From contig CAXXFL010000005.1 in assembly GCA_963674965.2 (NCBI GenBank), positions 765,150 to 829,149 on the forward strand: 64,000 bases of DNA. The letters run 5' to 3'. Each line of letters begins with the position of its first letter. The stretch's first letter is position 1. This DNA is from a bacterium. GTDB lineage: Bacteria; RBG-13-61-14; DATKZS01. The translations under genes were made by a program, and so were the position numbers. Below, one piece after another: positions 1 to 8,468 of the stretch. The notes under the pieces are model-generated. The model worked only from the letters and a program-made list of their open reading frames with translations, was not told the DNA's origin and ran no database searches.

Positions 1-493
1 AGCCGCGTCAGTGATCGACGTGGGCGGCCAGAGTATAACCTCGATCGCCCTGGACGAGGACGGTGAGGTGGTGAATTTCATGCGCAACGACAAATGCGCC
101 TCCGGCTCGGGCCGGTTCCTCGAGATGATGGCGGCCAAGCTGGGCGTCGGCATCGGGGAAATCGACGCCGCCGTCCGCCGGTCCTCCCGGGTGGTCGGGA
201 TCAGCAGCCAGTGCGGGGTCTTCGCCGAGAGCGAGGTCATAACCCACGTGAACAACGGCGAGGACAAAAACGACGTCATGGCCGGCGTCTGCGCGTCGGT
301 GGCCAAGATGGTGAGCGCCCAGGGAAGGCGGTTCGGCTCGTCCGGCGTCTATACCGTCACCGGCGGCGTGGCCAACCTGGACGCCGTGACCCGGATCGTG
401 CATGAAAAGCTGGGCGGCGAGTTCCAGCGCTTCCCCTTTAATCCCCAGTTCGCCGCGGCCATCGGTGCGGCCCTGTTGGGCGACGCGGACTGA
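1..493 (+). CDS. BcrA/BadF/HgdC-type ASKHA ATPase (activase of 2-hydroxyacyl-CoA dehydratase / benzoyl-CoA reductase type), C-terminal part; the 5' end lies left of the window
   Basis: Frame of ORF 11..493 is open to the window edge. Motifs IDVGGQS, NDKCASGSGRFLEMMA, SSQCGVFAESEV, TGGVA. Clear paralogue of the gene at 3165..4028. Confidence 0.8.
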   Translation, partial: AASVIDVGGQSITSIALDEDGEVVNFMRNDKCASGSGRFLEMMAAKLGVGIGEIDAAVRRSSRVVGISSQCGVFAESEVITHVNNGEDKNDVMAGVCASVAKMVSAQGRRFGSSGVYTVTGGVANLDAVTRIVHEKLGGEFQRFPFNPQFAAAIGAALLGDAD

Positions 494-494
494 G

Positions 495-1208
495 ATGGGT
501 CTTTTCGACTCTCCCTTTTCACGGGTCCGGGACTTCATCCGGGAAAAAGAGGGGTCCGGCGAGCTAGTCCGACTTGAAATGGACGGCCGTCGCTCATGGC
601 CCCGCGGCCAGGAACTGATCCTCGAGGACGAGACCGCCCTCGAATTGGGCCATCCCGAAAAAGGGTCACTTTTTTTCCTCGCCTGGACGGAGAACGCCTC
701 GGGTGAGGATGAAGTCATGCTGGTGGGACCGGACCTGCAAAAGATACCGGACCGAAGCGCTCCCTTTGCCCTGGCCGTCCTCGTGAGCGGGCAATTCGAG
801 GACGAGTACGACTGCTTCCGCGACCTGCGGGACGAGGTCTTCGATACCAGGCTGAGGGGCATGGCCTCGCGGGTCATGCCCAGCAGGCAAACCATATGGA
901 CGAGGGTCAAGCGGGACGCCCTGGAAAATGGAATGTCCCTTGCCCACCTTGGCGCGGCCATCATTGACAATCTCAGGGATTTCGAGTTCGTAAGCCGCGT
1001 CCAAACGCTGTTCGTTACCTCGGCCAAGGAGGACGTGGAGAAACTGGCGCCGGCGGCCCTCGAGTCGGACCGCATAGCCCGGGCCATGATCAAGATGACC
1101 GAGGAAATGAGCTACGACTGCGAGTCCTGCGAGTTTAGCGACGTATGTGAAGACGTGGCCGAACTGAAGCGCATACGCGCCAGGCTTGGAAAAGAGGGGC
1201 CGGCGTGA
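495..1208 (+). CDS. Stand-alone protein resembling the N-terminal domain of acetyl-CoA synthase beta subunit (CdhC/AcsB), ending in a CxxCx5C motif
   Basis: ATG at 495, one base after the upstream TGA (491-493). By-eye match to my recollection of the CdhC N-terminus: LELGHPEKGS, VMLVGPDL, PFALAVLVSG, TIWTRVKRD, VQTLFVTSAKEDVEKL, YDCESCEFSDVC. It stops where the A-cluster domains would begin. Confidence 0.5.
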   Translation: MGLFDSPFSRVRDFIREKEGSGELVRLEMDGRRSWPRGQELILEDETALELGHPEKGSLFFLAWTENASGEDEVMLVGPDLQKIPDRSAPFALAVLVSGQFEDEYDCFRDLRDEVFDTRLRGMASRVMPSRQTIWTRVKRDALENGMSLAHLGAAIIDNLRDFEFVSRVQTLFVTSAKEDVEKLAPAALESDRIARAMIKMTEEMSYDCESCEFSDVCEDVAELKRIRARLGKEGPA

Positions 1209-1960
1209 GGCGGACGGTGGTGGGCGTCTGCGGCAAGGGCGGCGTGGGCAAGACCACGGTCTCGGCCATTCTTGCCGCCGAGCTGGGACGGCGAAAGGAA
1301 TACAAGTCGCTCGTGATCGACGCGGACCACGCGGCGGGACTTACCATGGCCCTGGCTTTAAATCCGGAGAGCACCATCAACCGGGCGCGCTCCGAGACCA
1401 TCGCCGAGATCAAAGAGAAGCGGATGGACAAGAGCGAGTTGGCCATGGGTCTTGATTATCTTCTTTCCCGGGCCTTGGCCGAGCGGGACAACCTGGCGTT
1501 CCTTTCTCTGGGCCGCCCGGAGGAGGTGGGGTGTTATTGCTCGGTCAACTCACTATTGCGGGAGGCCATCGAGGTCCTGGCCGGGGGTTTCGACTACGTG
1601 CTCATTGACGCCGAGGCCGGCATCGAGCAGGTCAACAGGAAGGTCATGAAGTCGGTAGATTACCTCCTTCTGGTTTCCGATTCCTCGGCCAAGGCGGTGC
1701 GGGTGGCCGAGACCATCCGGGAGGTGGCCGCCGGGACCGCGGGCCAGGGGAGGGCCGGGCTCCTGATCAACCGGATTAAGGACGAAAGCGAAGTCGCGGA
1801 GATTGCCGGGACCACTCGCCTCGAGGTGATCGGGTGGGTCCCCGAGGACGAGACGGTCAGGCGCCACGATTTCAAAAACCTTTCCTTTTTCGACCTGCCT
1901 TCCTGTCCGGCCTCCGAGGCGGTCATAGGCGCTCTAACCGGGGCGGGAGTACTGGACTGA
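1205..1960 (+). CDS. CooC-family P-loop NTPase (MinD/ParA-like nickel/metallocentre maturation ATPase)
   Basis: GTG start overlaps the upstream stop (GTGA at 1205-1208). Deviant Walker A 'GKGGVGKTT' and a C-x-C motif 'GCYCSVN' typical of CooC. Confidence 0.8.
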   Translation: MRRTVVGVCGKGGVGKTTVSAILAAELGRRKEYKSLVIDADHAAGLTMALALNPESTINRARSETIAEIKEKRMDKSELAMGLDYLLSRALAERDNLAFLSLGRPEEVGCYCSVNSLLREAIEVLAGGFDYVLIDAEAGIEQVNRKVMKSVDYLLLVSDSSAKAVRVAETIREVAAGTAGQGRAGLLINRIKDESEVAEIAGTTRLEVIGWVPEDETVRRHDFKNLSFFDLPSCPASEAVIGALTGAGVLD

Positions 1961-1976
1961 AGCGGACACGACTTTA

Positions 1977-3161
1977 TTATCCGATCCTGCCGTTTTCCGC
2001 CGGGCCGTAGAGGTTTTCGAACTCGCGTCGGCGCCCGTCTTCATCGACGGCGAAGCCCTCCAGCCGTCCGCATTTCTGGTAATACTTGAAAGGAAGGGGA
2101 GCCAGGTTCACCATCTTGCCGCCCTCGGGCGTGAAGCGCGCCTCGAGGCGTCCCGAGTTTTCGCGAAGCGTCCATGGCTTGTCCGGCGACCTCGGATCGT
2201 GGTCCCATTTGACCGCGTCCAGGAAGGAAATCTTTCCGTCTATCCAGAGGCAGTTCTCGTTCCAATACTCCTGGTCCCGAGCGTAATAGTCCACGGCGTT
2301 AAAGGCGATGGACCTTCCCTCGAGGGTCTTGCCCTCGCCCGTTCCCCAGGTCCACCTTCTCGGAATGGGCCAGAAGGCCCTGAACTCATCGAGGATCGCG
2401 AAGCGCTCATCGGCCGAGTACTCGACCTCCTCGCCTCCCACCCGGACGCGGCCATCAATGCCCATGACCGTTTTATGCGTGTAGATGTAATGGCGCGGAT
2501 ACAAGGGCATGCTGACCACCAGGGGCTGGAAGCTCTTCAGGTCCTGTTTGAGCTCGAGATCCATCTGCAGGGAGGGTTTGTTTTTCCCCGCGGGCATTTC
2601 GATATTTATCCGGTGGAGTCCATGGTCCAGGTCGTGAATGAACTCCAGGTGGAAGTTCTTTTGGGAGGAGTAGGTGCGGCCGTTCCACAGGGTCTCGGGA
2701 ACGCCCGAGTTGCTCGAGTTTCCAACCGCGTCGTACGAGAAGTTATCGCCCGAGTCCATATCCAGGGCGTAGACGCTCGAGACGGACGCGGCCTTCAGGT
2801 CCATCATAATCATACCGAAGTACCATCTGGGGTGGGCAAAGCCGAAGCCGACCCACTCCTGGAGACGGGGCCCTCCCCACCAGCGGCGCGGACCGCCCTT
2901 GAAGAGGTTAGCCTCAAGCAGGTTCACCTTCCGGCAGGGCTCGCGGAAGAGCCCGAGCCTGAGACGTCCGCCGGTCGATATCTCGGAGGGGGCGTCCTCG
3001 AGGGCGCGGGGGCCGTCCGGGTACCAGGGCGGCTTAACGTACAGGTCGTCAAAGCCCTCCCACTCGTTCGCGCCAAGGGACCGGGAAGGCGGGCAAAGGG
3101 TTGCCGCCGACAATGCTCCCCCCTCGATGACCGCCCTTCTTCTATCTATTTGCCTGGTCAA
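1977..3161 (-). CDS. Hypothetical protein, possibly DUF2804-like; Arg-rich N-terminus
   Basis: 394-aa ORF with coherent, non-repetitive composition, 4 bp downstream of the activase gene on the same strand. The family call is from memory only. Confidence 0.45.
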   Translation of the reverse strand: MTRQIDRRRAVIEGGALSAATLCPPSRSLGANEWEGFDDLYVKPPWYPDGPRALEDAPSEISTGGRLRLGLFREPCRKVNLLEANLFKGGPRRWWGGPRLQEWVGFGFAHPRWYFGMIMMDLKAASVSSVYALDMDSGDNFSYDAVGNSSNSGVPETLWNGRTYSSQKNFHLEFIHDLDHGLHRINIEMPAGKNKPSLQMDLELKQDLKSFQPLVVSMPLYPRHYIYTHKTVMGIDGRVRVGGEEVEYSADERFAILDEFRAFWPIPRRWTWGTGEGKTLEGRSIAFNAVDYYARDQEYWNENCLWIDGKISFLDAVKWDHDPRSPDKPWTLRENSGRLEARFTPEGGKMVNLAPLPFKYYQKCGRLEGFAVDEDGRRREFENLYGPAENGRIG

Positions 3162-3164
3162 TTT

Positions 3165-4028
3165 TCATTCCTCTCTTCCATCCTCGTTATGACCGGTATT
3201 TTTATGGTTCGAGCGTCCAATCCACCGTCCGGGCGCTCGGTAGGCGTCCCTGGCGAAGAGGGCCGCTCCCAGGGCGCCGATGAGCTGGGGGTCCATGGGT
3301 AGGGGCTTGAACCTCGTTTCCAACTCCTTCTCCAGAAGCTCGACCATGGCCCGGTTCTTACTCACGCCGCCCGTCATGCAGACTTTTTCCCTTACCCCCA
3401 CCCTGCCGGTAAGGGCCTTGATCCTTTTGACCAGCGATTGATGCACTCCGGCGGCCACGTGCTTTTTCTTCTTGCCCGAGTAGATAAGCTGAGTCACCTC
3501 GACCTCGGCGAAAATGGTGCATTGCGAGCTGAGGACAAGGGGCCGTCGCGACTTCCGGGCCAGGTCGCCGAGCTCCGATACCTCGATGCCCAGGGTGCGG
3601 GCCATCATCTCGAGGAACCTGCCCGTGCCGGCGGCGCACTTGTCGTTCATGGCGAAGTCCTCGAGGGAGCCGTCGCTATCCACCCGGATGACCTTGCAGT
3701 CCTGTCCTCCCACGTCGATGATGGTGCGGACGTCAGGCGCCAGGCTATGGGCGCCTCTCCCGTGACATGATATCTCCGAGACGTTGCGGCGGGAAAAGGG
3801 AATCGAGTCCCTGCCGTAGCCCGTGGAGAAGCAAAGAGTGACGGCGTCCTCCATAAGGTTGGCCCGGGCCAGGGCCTTGTGGAAGACCTCGCGGGCCGAC
3901 TGCTCGGCCCGGGGACGGACCCGGATGATCTCTCCCGCCAGCGAGGCTCCGCTCTCGTCGATAAGCGCGCACTCGGCGGTAAGGGACCCCACGTCGATCC
4001 CGGCGAATATGGGCGATGACTGGCTCAA
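3165..4028 (-). CDS. BcrA/BadF/HgdC-type ASKHA ATPase (activase)
   Basis: Full-length 287 aa. Motifs GIDVGSLT, IIDVGGQDCKVI, NDKCAAGTGRFLEMMA, SSQCTIFAEVEV, MTGGVSKN. Confidence 0.85.
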   Translation of the reverse strand: MSQSSPIFAGIDVGSLTAECALIDESGASLAGEIIRVRPRAEQSAREVFHKALARANLMEDAVTLCFSTGYGRDSIPFSRRNVSEISCHGRGAHSLAPDVRTIIDVGGQDCKVIRVDSDGSLEDFAMNDKCAAGTGRFLEMMARTLGIEVSELGDLARKSRRPLVLSSQCTIFAEVEVTQLIYSGKKKKHVAAGVHQSLVKRIKALTGRVGVREKVCMTGGVSKNRAMVELLEKELETRFKPLPMDPQLIGALGAALFARDAYRAPGRWIGRSNHKNTGHNEDGREE

Positions 4029-4128
4029 GCGAGTACCCGCGCCGCGACATATTATCGCGAGCTATTGTAAAGTATAATCCGGGGGCCGGTGGAGCGGCAA
4101 ATTAGGAGGGAGTCGGTGGAGGTCCGGC

Positions 4129-4614
4129 TCAGTCGTCGCCTCTCGATATCGAGACGTCAAGCCCTCTTTTTTCGGCGAAGCTCACGAGCGCGTCGTGATG
4201 GGCGTGGTCGAATTTCTGCAGGTTCTTTACCAGGACGGAAAGCTCCGGGTTGGACTTTTCGAGGACGGTGCGGTAAAGGGACTCGGCGGCGCTGATCTCG
4301 AAAAACACCGCCGCCTGCAGTGCCCCTTCCAGACCATAACAGTCGCTCTCGATGAGGATTTTATCGCCGTGAACCAGGAGTTGTATGATCTCGTTCAGGT
4401 CGGCTTCCACGTCCTTGTATTGTTTTCTGTCCTTGACGATCACGCGGAGCTGGAACTGGACCATCTCGAGATGGGCCGCCTCTTCGCGGGCCATGCCCCG
4501 GAAAAAAGCGGCCGCTTCCCGGTCGTCCCCGGCGCACCCGGCGAAGGCCTCGTATATCTTCATCATTTTCATCTCGATTTGTTCGAGATAGTTTAAAATC
4601 GTAAGCACGTTCAA
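4129..4614 (-). CDS. Ferritin-like / rubrerythrin-like four-helix-bundle protein
   Basis: 161 aa, all-helical composition, E-x-x-H type motif 'REEAAHLE' and a His-rich 'FDHAHHDAL'. Confidence 0.5.
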   Translation of the reverse strand: MNVLTILNYLEQIEMKMMKIYEAFAGCAGDDREAAAFFRGMAREEAAHLEMVQFQLRVIVKDRKQYKDVEADLNEIIQLLVHGDKILIESDCYGLEGALQAAVFFEISAAESLYRTVLEKSNPELSVLVKNLQKFDHAHHDALVSFAEKRGLDVSISRGDD

Positions 4615-4881
4615 TATGGTATCTCCTCGCGAACAAGGATGAGGATAGAATGTATGGGCCGTCTTTACAATGGCGGGGCCTGATTTTCCAATCTCAAGGT
4701 ATCGCGTCGGGCATGTTTTTTTCGAAAATTCTTCTCGCCCGATTGGCCGCGAGAAACGATTTGGGCTAAAATAGCATCTAACTATCCGCTATGGTTTCAA
4801 ATTCCATGGCGTTAAATCCGGGACCTTCCGGCGCGTTCGTTATTATTCTGCATCGGTTCCGGTTTTAAACTGGGGGAGGTA

Positions 4882-6381
4882 ATGGACGGCGAAGACACGG
4901 CCGCCCGGGCCGAGGAGATATCCGCCGAGGAAGCGCGCCGACTGGCGAGCCTGAAAAAGGACTGGCTCGCCGGGCTGGAGATGCGGGAAAAAAACCGCGT
5001 TCTTTTCGAGTTGGAGATACTTCTCAAGGGCATGGATCGCTTTTTCAACGTTTCCAATTTGCCCCTTACCAACATGGAGAAGGTAATCACCTTCAATTTC
5101 GTGGACGAGCTCGAGATAGTCCTTAAATTCGTGGACCGGGTGGTCGAGCTGTCCGGGCTTTTACTCGAGGCCAGCCGGCGCGAGGACTACCAGTTCCGGC
5201 AATACGTCGAGACCAGGCTTCTTCGGGATTACGAGCGCTCGCGCTGGCTGCAGACGGCCCTTTCCCAGCGGAGCCCCGAGGACAGCCTGTTCGTCCTTTA
5301 CTCGACCTTTTTGAACCTTCGGGAGATCGTCCGGGGAATGATCGGCCTCAAGTCCGTCTCTTACACCCTTTTCTTTAACGTGGGCAACCTCATCACCAGG
5401 GAGATGATATCCAACAGGTTCTTCAGTCCCTCCCGCATGATCGAGTTCAAGCCCGAGTACGACAAGATGGCCAACCGCCGGATAGGCCACGTCATCCGCT
5501 CGATAGGAGACCCGGACCTGACCCGGCTGGCGTCGATCGTGGTGCTGGCCTTCAACCGGCTTCTTCAGTATCTCGAGTTCATTGACCCCCGCGCCGAGAC
5601 GGTCGAGACCCTTAAAAGCTCGCTGCTTTTTTTCGCCCTTATCCATTCGGAGAGCAAGTATCTTATCGAGTACCTTGACAACTCCCTTCCCTTGGAGATC
5701 AAATCTTCATCCCACCGGCTGGCCGGCAAGTTCGCCGAGACCTGCGACTCCCTCAGCTTCCAGCTTCAAATGGAACTGAGGAAAATCCACTCGGGCGAGC
5801 TTATGAACCTCAGCAAGGACAGGAAGTTTTCCTCGGTCAAGACGGCGGTCGAGAACAGCCACGGTATCCTTAAAAACTTTTTGCAGCAAAGCATCATCCA
5901 TCTTCTCAAGACTTTCGACGAGGCCCTCGAGGGGGAGTCCATATATCCGGAGTTCGTCTCGCGCAAGAAGCAGAGTTTAAAGCTTCGCGAGGACCTGGCC
6001 GTGTTATGCTCGCTTATGGAAAAGTACGAGGAAATAATCGAGACCACCGAGGCGGGCATGAACCTGGAAACTTACCAGCAATACCTGGAGTTGCAAAAGG
6101 GATGGATCGGACGCATGCGAGGCAAATCCATACCCCTTATGCGCCACCAGGACCTGGTCGAGTACGAGAAATATTTCCGCTACGTGGAGGACCTGAAACT
6201 GGACGACCTTCACCTGATGGACAAGCTGGACGGCTTCAAGATGGAGTCGAAGTTTTTCAAGATACTGGTCGAGACCACCCTGGGCCAGATCAACAACCGG
6301 ACCGACCTGCGCGAGGACCCTCTCGACGAGGACCGGGTCGAGGCGGTCCTGAAAAAATTCATCGGCGAGCGGACAACATAG
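4882..6381 (+). CDS. Hypothetical protein, 499 aa, helical, no recognisable domain
   Basis: Long ORF with RBS 'GGGGGAGG' just upstream of the ATG. No TM segments or motifs recognised. Confidence 0.6.
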   Translation: MDGEDTAARAEEISAEEARRLASLKKDWLAGLEMREKNRVLFELEILLKGMDRFFNVSNLPLTNMEKVITFNFVDELEIVLKFVDRVVELSGLLLEASRREDYQFRQYVETRLLRDYERSRWLQTALSQRSPEDSLFVLYSTFLNLREIVRGMIGLKSVSYTLFFNVGNLITREMISNRFFSPSRMIEFKPEYDKMANRRIGHVIRSIGDPDLTRLASIVVLAFNRLLQYLEFIDPRAETVETLKSSLLFFALIHSESKYLIEYLDNSLPLEIKSSSHRLAGKFAETCDSLSFQLQMELRKIHSGELMNLSKDRKFSSVKTAVENSHGILKNFLQQSIIHLLKTFDEALEGESIYPEFVSRKKQSLKLREDLAVLCSLMEKYEEIIETTEAGMNLETYQQYLELQKGWIGRMRGKSIPLMRHQDLVEYEKYFRYVEDLKLDDLHLMDKLDGFKMESKFFKILVETTLGQINNRTDLREDPLDEDRVEAVLKKFIGERTT

Positions 6382-6451
6382 CGTTGTAATCACCTGCCGG
6401 TCCTAGCCGGGCCGGCGGCGGGGGATCGTTCGACTTTTGATGGGAGGAGTA

Positions 6452-7741
6452 ATGCATAAACGTTCGGAGGAGCTTTTCGAGCGGGCGAGTTCGATATTGG
6501 TTGGAGGGGTCAACAGTCCCGTGCGCGCTTTCCGGGGGGTGGGCGGCTCCCCCGTGTTCATGTCCAGGGGAGGAGGCAGCCACGTCGAGGACGAGGACGG
6601 CAACTCCTACGTGGATTACGTTTTATCTTGGGGCCCGCTGATTCTCGGCCACGCCCATCCGGCGGTGGTCGACGCGGTTATCGGGGCCGTTCGGGCGGGC
6701 TCGAGCTTCGGGGCTCCCACCCTGCGCGAGATAGAGCTGGCGGAGATGGTAAGGAGCTATTACCCCTCCCTGGAAAAGCTTCGTTTCGTCAGTTCGGGCA
6801 CGGAGGCCTGCATGGGGGCGGTCCGGGCGGCGAGGGGCTTCACGGGTCGGGATAAGATCATCAAGTTCGAGGGATGTTATCACGGCCACGCCGATTACCT
6901 TCTGGCCAAGGCCGGTTCGGGGGCCACGACGCTTGGCCGGCCCGACTCGAGGGGAGTGCCCGCCTCCTTTACCGAGCACACGATTATCGTTCCCTATAAC
7001 GACGTCAAGGCGGTCGAGCGCGCCTTTGCCGAGCACGGGCCGGACCTGGCCGCGGTCATCGTCGAGCCGGTGGCGGGAAACATGGGGCTTATACTTCCCG
7101 AGCCGGGGTTTTTGGACTCACTGCGCAACCTTTGCACGCATTTCGACTCGGTGCTTATTTTCGACGAGGTATTAGTGGGTTTCAGGATAAAGGACGGGGC
7201 GCAAGGTCACTATAAAGTGAGGCCCGACCTTACCTGCCTGGGCAAGGTCATCGGTGGAGGTTTTCCCGTCGGCTGTTATGGGGGTAAAAAGGAAATCATG
7301 AGCCGCGTGGCGCCCGAGGGTCCGGTGTACCAGGCGGGAACTCTTTCCGGCAATCCCGTCGCCATGGCCGCCGGATTGGCCACCCTCGAGGAACTTGGCA
7401 AAGAAGGCGTATTTGGAGACCTCGAGAACCGCACTCGGTCACTGGTGGCGGCCCTGCGAAAAGAAGCGGAGAGTCTCGGGGAGTCGGTCTCGATAGTAAG
7501 CGTTGGGAGCCTCTTTTGCGTATTCTTCGCGGACAAGGCCCCGATAAATTACGGCGAGGCCACGGGAACGGACTCCCAGCGCTACGGGCGCTTTTTCCAC
7601 TCCATGCTGAAAAGGGGCATATACCTGGCCCCGTCGGCATTCGAGTCCGCCTTTATGAGCACGGCCCATTCATACAAGGACATAGATAAAACGGCGCGGG
7701 CCTTCAGGGAGTCCCTGCAAGAAAGCGCCGGCGGGAAATGA
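6452..7741 (+). CDS. hemL: Glutamate-1-semialdehyde 2,1-aminomutase
   Basis: SILVGGVNSPVRAF..., YVDYVLSWGPLILGHAHP, class-III aminotransferase layout. Start moved to the ATG at 6452, preceded by GGGAGGAG. Confidence 0.95.
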   Translation: MHKRSEELFERASSILVGGVNSPVRAFRGVGGSPVFMSRGGGSHVEDEDGNSYVDYVLSWGPLILGHAHPAVVDAVIGAVRAGSSFGAPTLREIELAEMVRSYYPSLEKLRFVSSGTEACMGAVRAARGFTGRDKIIKFEGCYHGHADYLLAKAGSGATTLGRPDSRGVPASFTEHTIIVPYNDVKAVERAFAEHGPDLAAVIVEPVAGNMGLILPEPGFLDSLRNLCTHFDSVLIFDEVLVGFRIKDGAQGHYKVRPDLTCLGKVIGGGFPVGCYGGKKEIMSRVAPEGPVYQAGTLSGNPVAMAAGLATLEELGKEGVFGDLENRTRSLVAALRKEAESLGESVSIVSVGSLFCVFFADKAPINYGEATGTDSQRYGRFFHSMLKRGIYLAPSAFESAFMSTAHSYKDIDKTARAFRESLQESAGGK

Positions 7742-7745
7742 AAAA

Positions 7746-7770
7746 GCCCGGCGATGAGGTCGCGCCGGGC
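7746..7770 (-). terminator. Intrinsic terminator between convergent hemL and the lipoprotein gene
   Basis: GCCCGGCG / CGCCGGGC 8-bp GC stem with a 9-nt loop. On the minus strand it is followed by TTTTT (complement of 7741-7745), 21 nt after the minus-strand stop. Confidence 0.55.
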
Positions 7771-7791
7771 TTGAGCAACGCAAGGTAGAGT

Positions 7792-8325
7792 CTATTTTCG
7801 ATATTCCTTGACCCATTCGGGCCATTCGCTTTTGGGTATCCCGATCGACCAGGCGGCGTCCTGCAGGGCATAAGCCGTTTCCTTGATTGTCCTGCCCGCC
7901 CCCATTATCGCGCTGGGTTTGTTCTCTCCTCTTTCCGCGTATAATTCCTCCGCGAATACGGCCTCCTTGGCCTCGATAACCTTTTTGAAAACCTTTTCCA
8001 TGTCCTTTACCGCGGTTTTGTAGGGGTCTTTTTCAGCGTAATCCAACCCGTTTAGTTCATCAATATAATTTTGCCACTTCTCCGTTAGTTCCAGACGCTG
8101 CAACCATTCGTAATCCGCCGGTAAATTGCTGAATTTTGAAAGTTTTTCATGCCGATCCTTCATTTCGATTCCCACGTCCTCGGCGATGGCGAACCAGGCC
8201 TCCTCGAAAGGCGCCATATTGGCCAGTATTTCCGGGTCCGAGGACCGTTGGGGACTTTTGTCGCAGCCAAGAGTTAAGCTCAAGGAGACGAGCAAAAATA
8301 CGGATAAAACGACGCTTTTCTTCAT
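7792..8325 (-). CDS. Lipoprotein of unknown function
   Basis: Signal peptide plus lipobox 'MKKSVVLSVFLLVSLSLTLGC'. Start moved to the internal ATG at 8325. Confidence 0.7.
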   Translation of the reverse strand: MKKSVVLSVFLLVSLSLTLGCDKSPQRSSDPEILANMAPFEEAWFAIAEDVGIEMKDRHEKLSKFSNLPADYEWLQRLELTEKWQNYIDELNGLDYAEKDPYKTAVKDMEKVFKKVIEAKEAVFAEELYAERGENKPSAIMGAGRTIKETAYALQDAAWSIGIPKSEWPEWVKEYRK

Positions 8326-8468
8326 GGTCTTTCTCCTCCAATCGTGCAGGGGTTTGCAAAAGGCCTTATTGGCTCTCATTGAGAGCACAACATACTAAAT
8401 GACGCAAGATAAATCAACGCCTTTTTGCGGATTTTCTTGTAAGGTCATTGCCCGGGGAACAAAACGCT

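Noticed and set aside
8-1093. 361-aa minus-strand ORF
   Set aside because: It is antisense to two motif-bearing plus-strand genes (the activase and the ACS-N-like gene). Its Ser/Arg/Ala-rich composition is typical of GC-rich shadow frames.
3090-3161. Twin-arginine signal on the 394-aa protein ('QIDRRRAVIEGGALSAATL')
   Set aside because: An RRR is present, but the hydrophobic region contains Glu and is short, and there is no clear AxA cleavage site. It is too ambiguous to call.
2199-3302. 367-aa plus-strand ORF
   Set aside because: It is antisense to the 1977..3161 and 3165..4028 genes. It is Gly/Val/Leu/Arg-rich with no recognisable domain.
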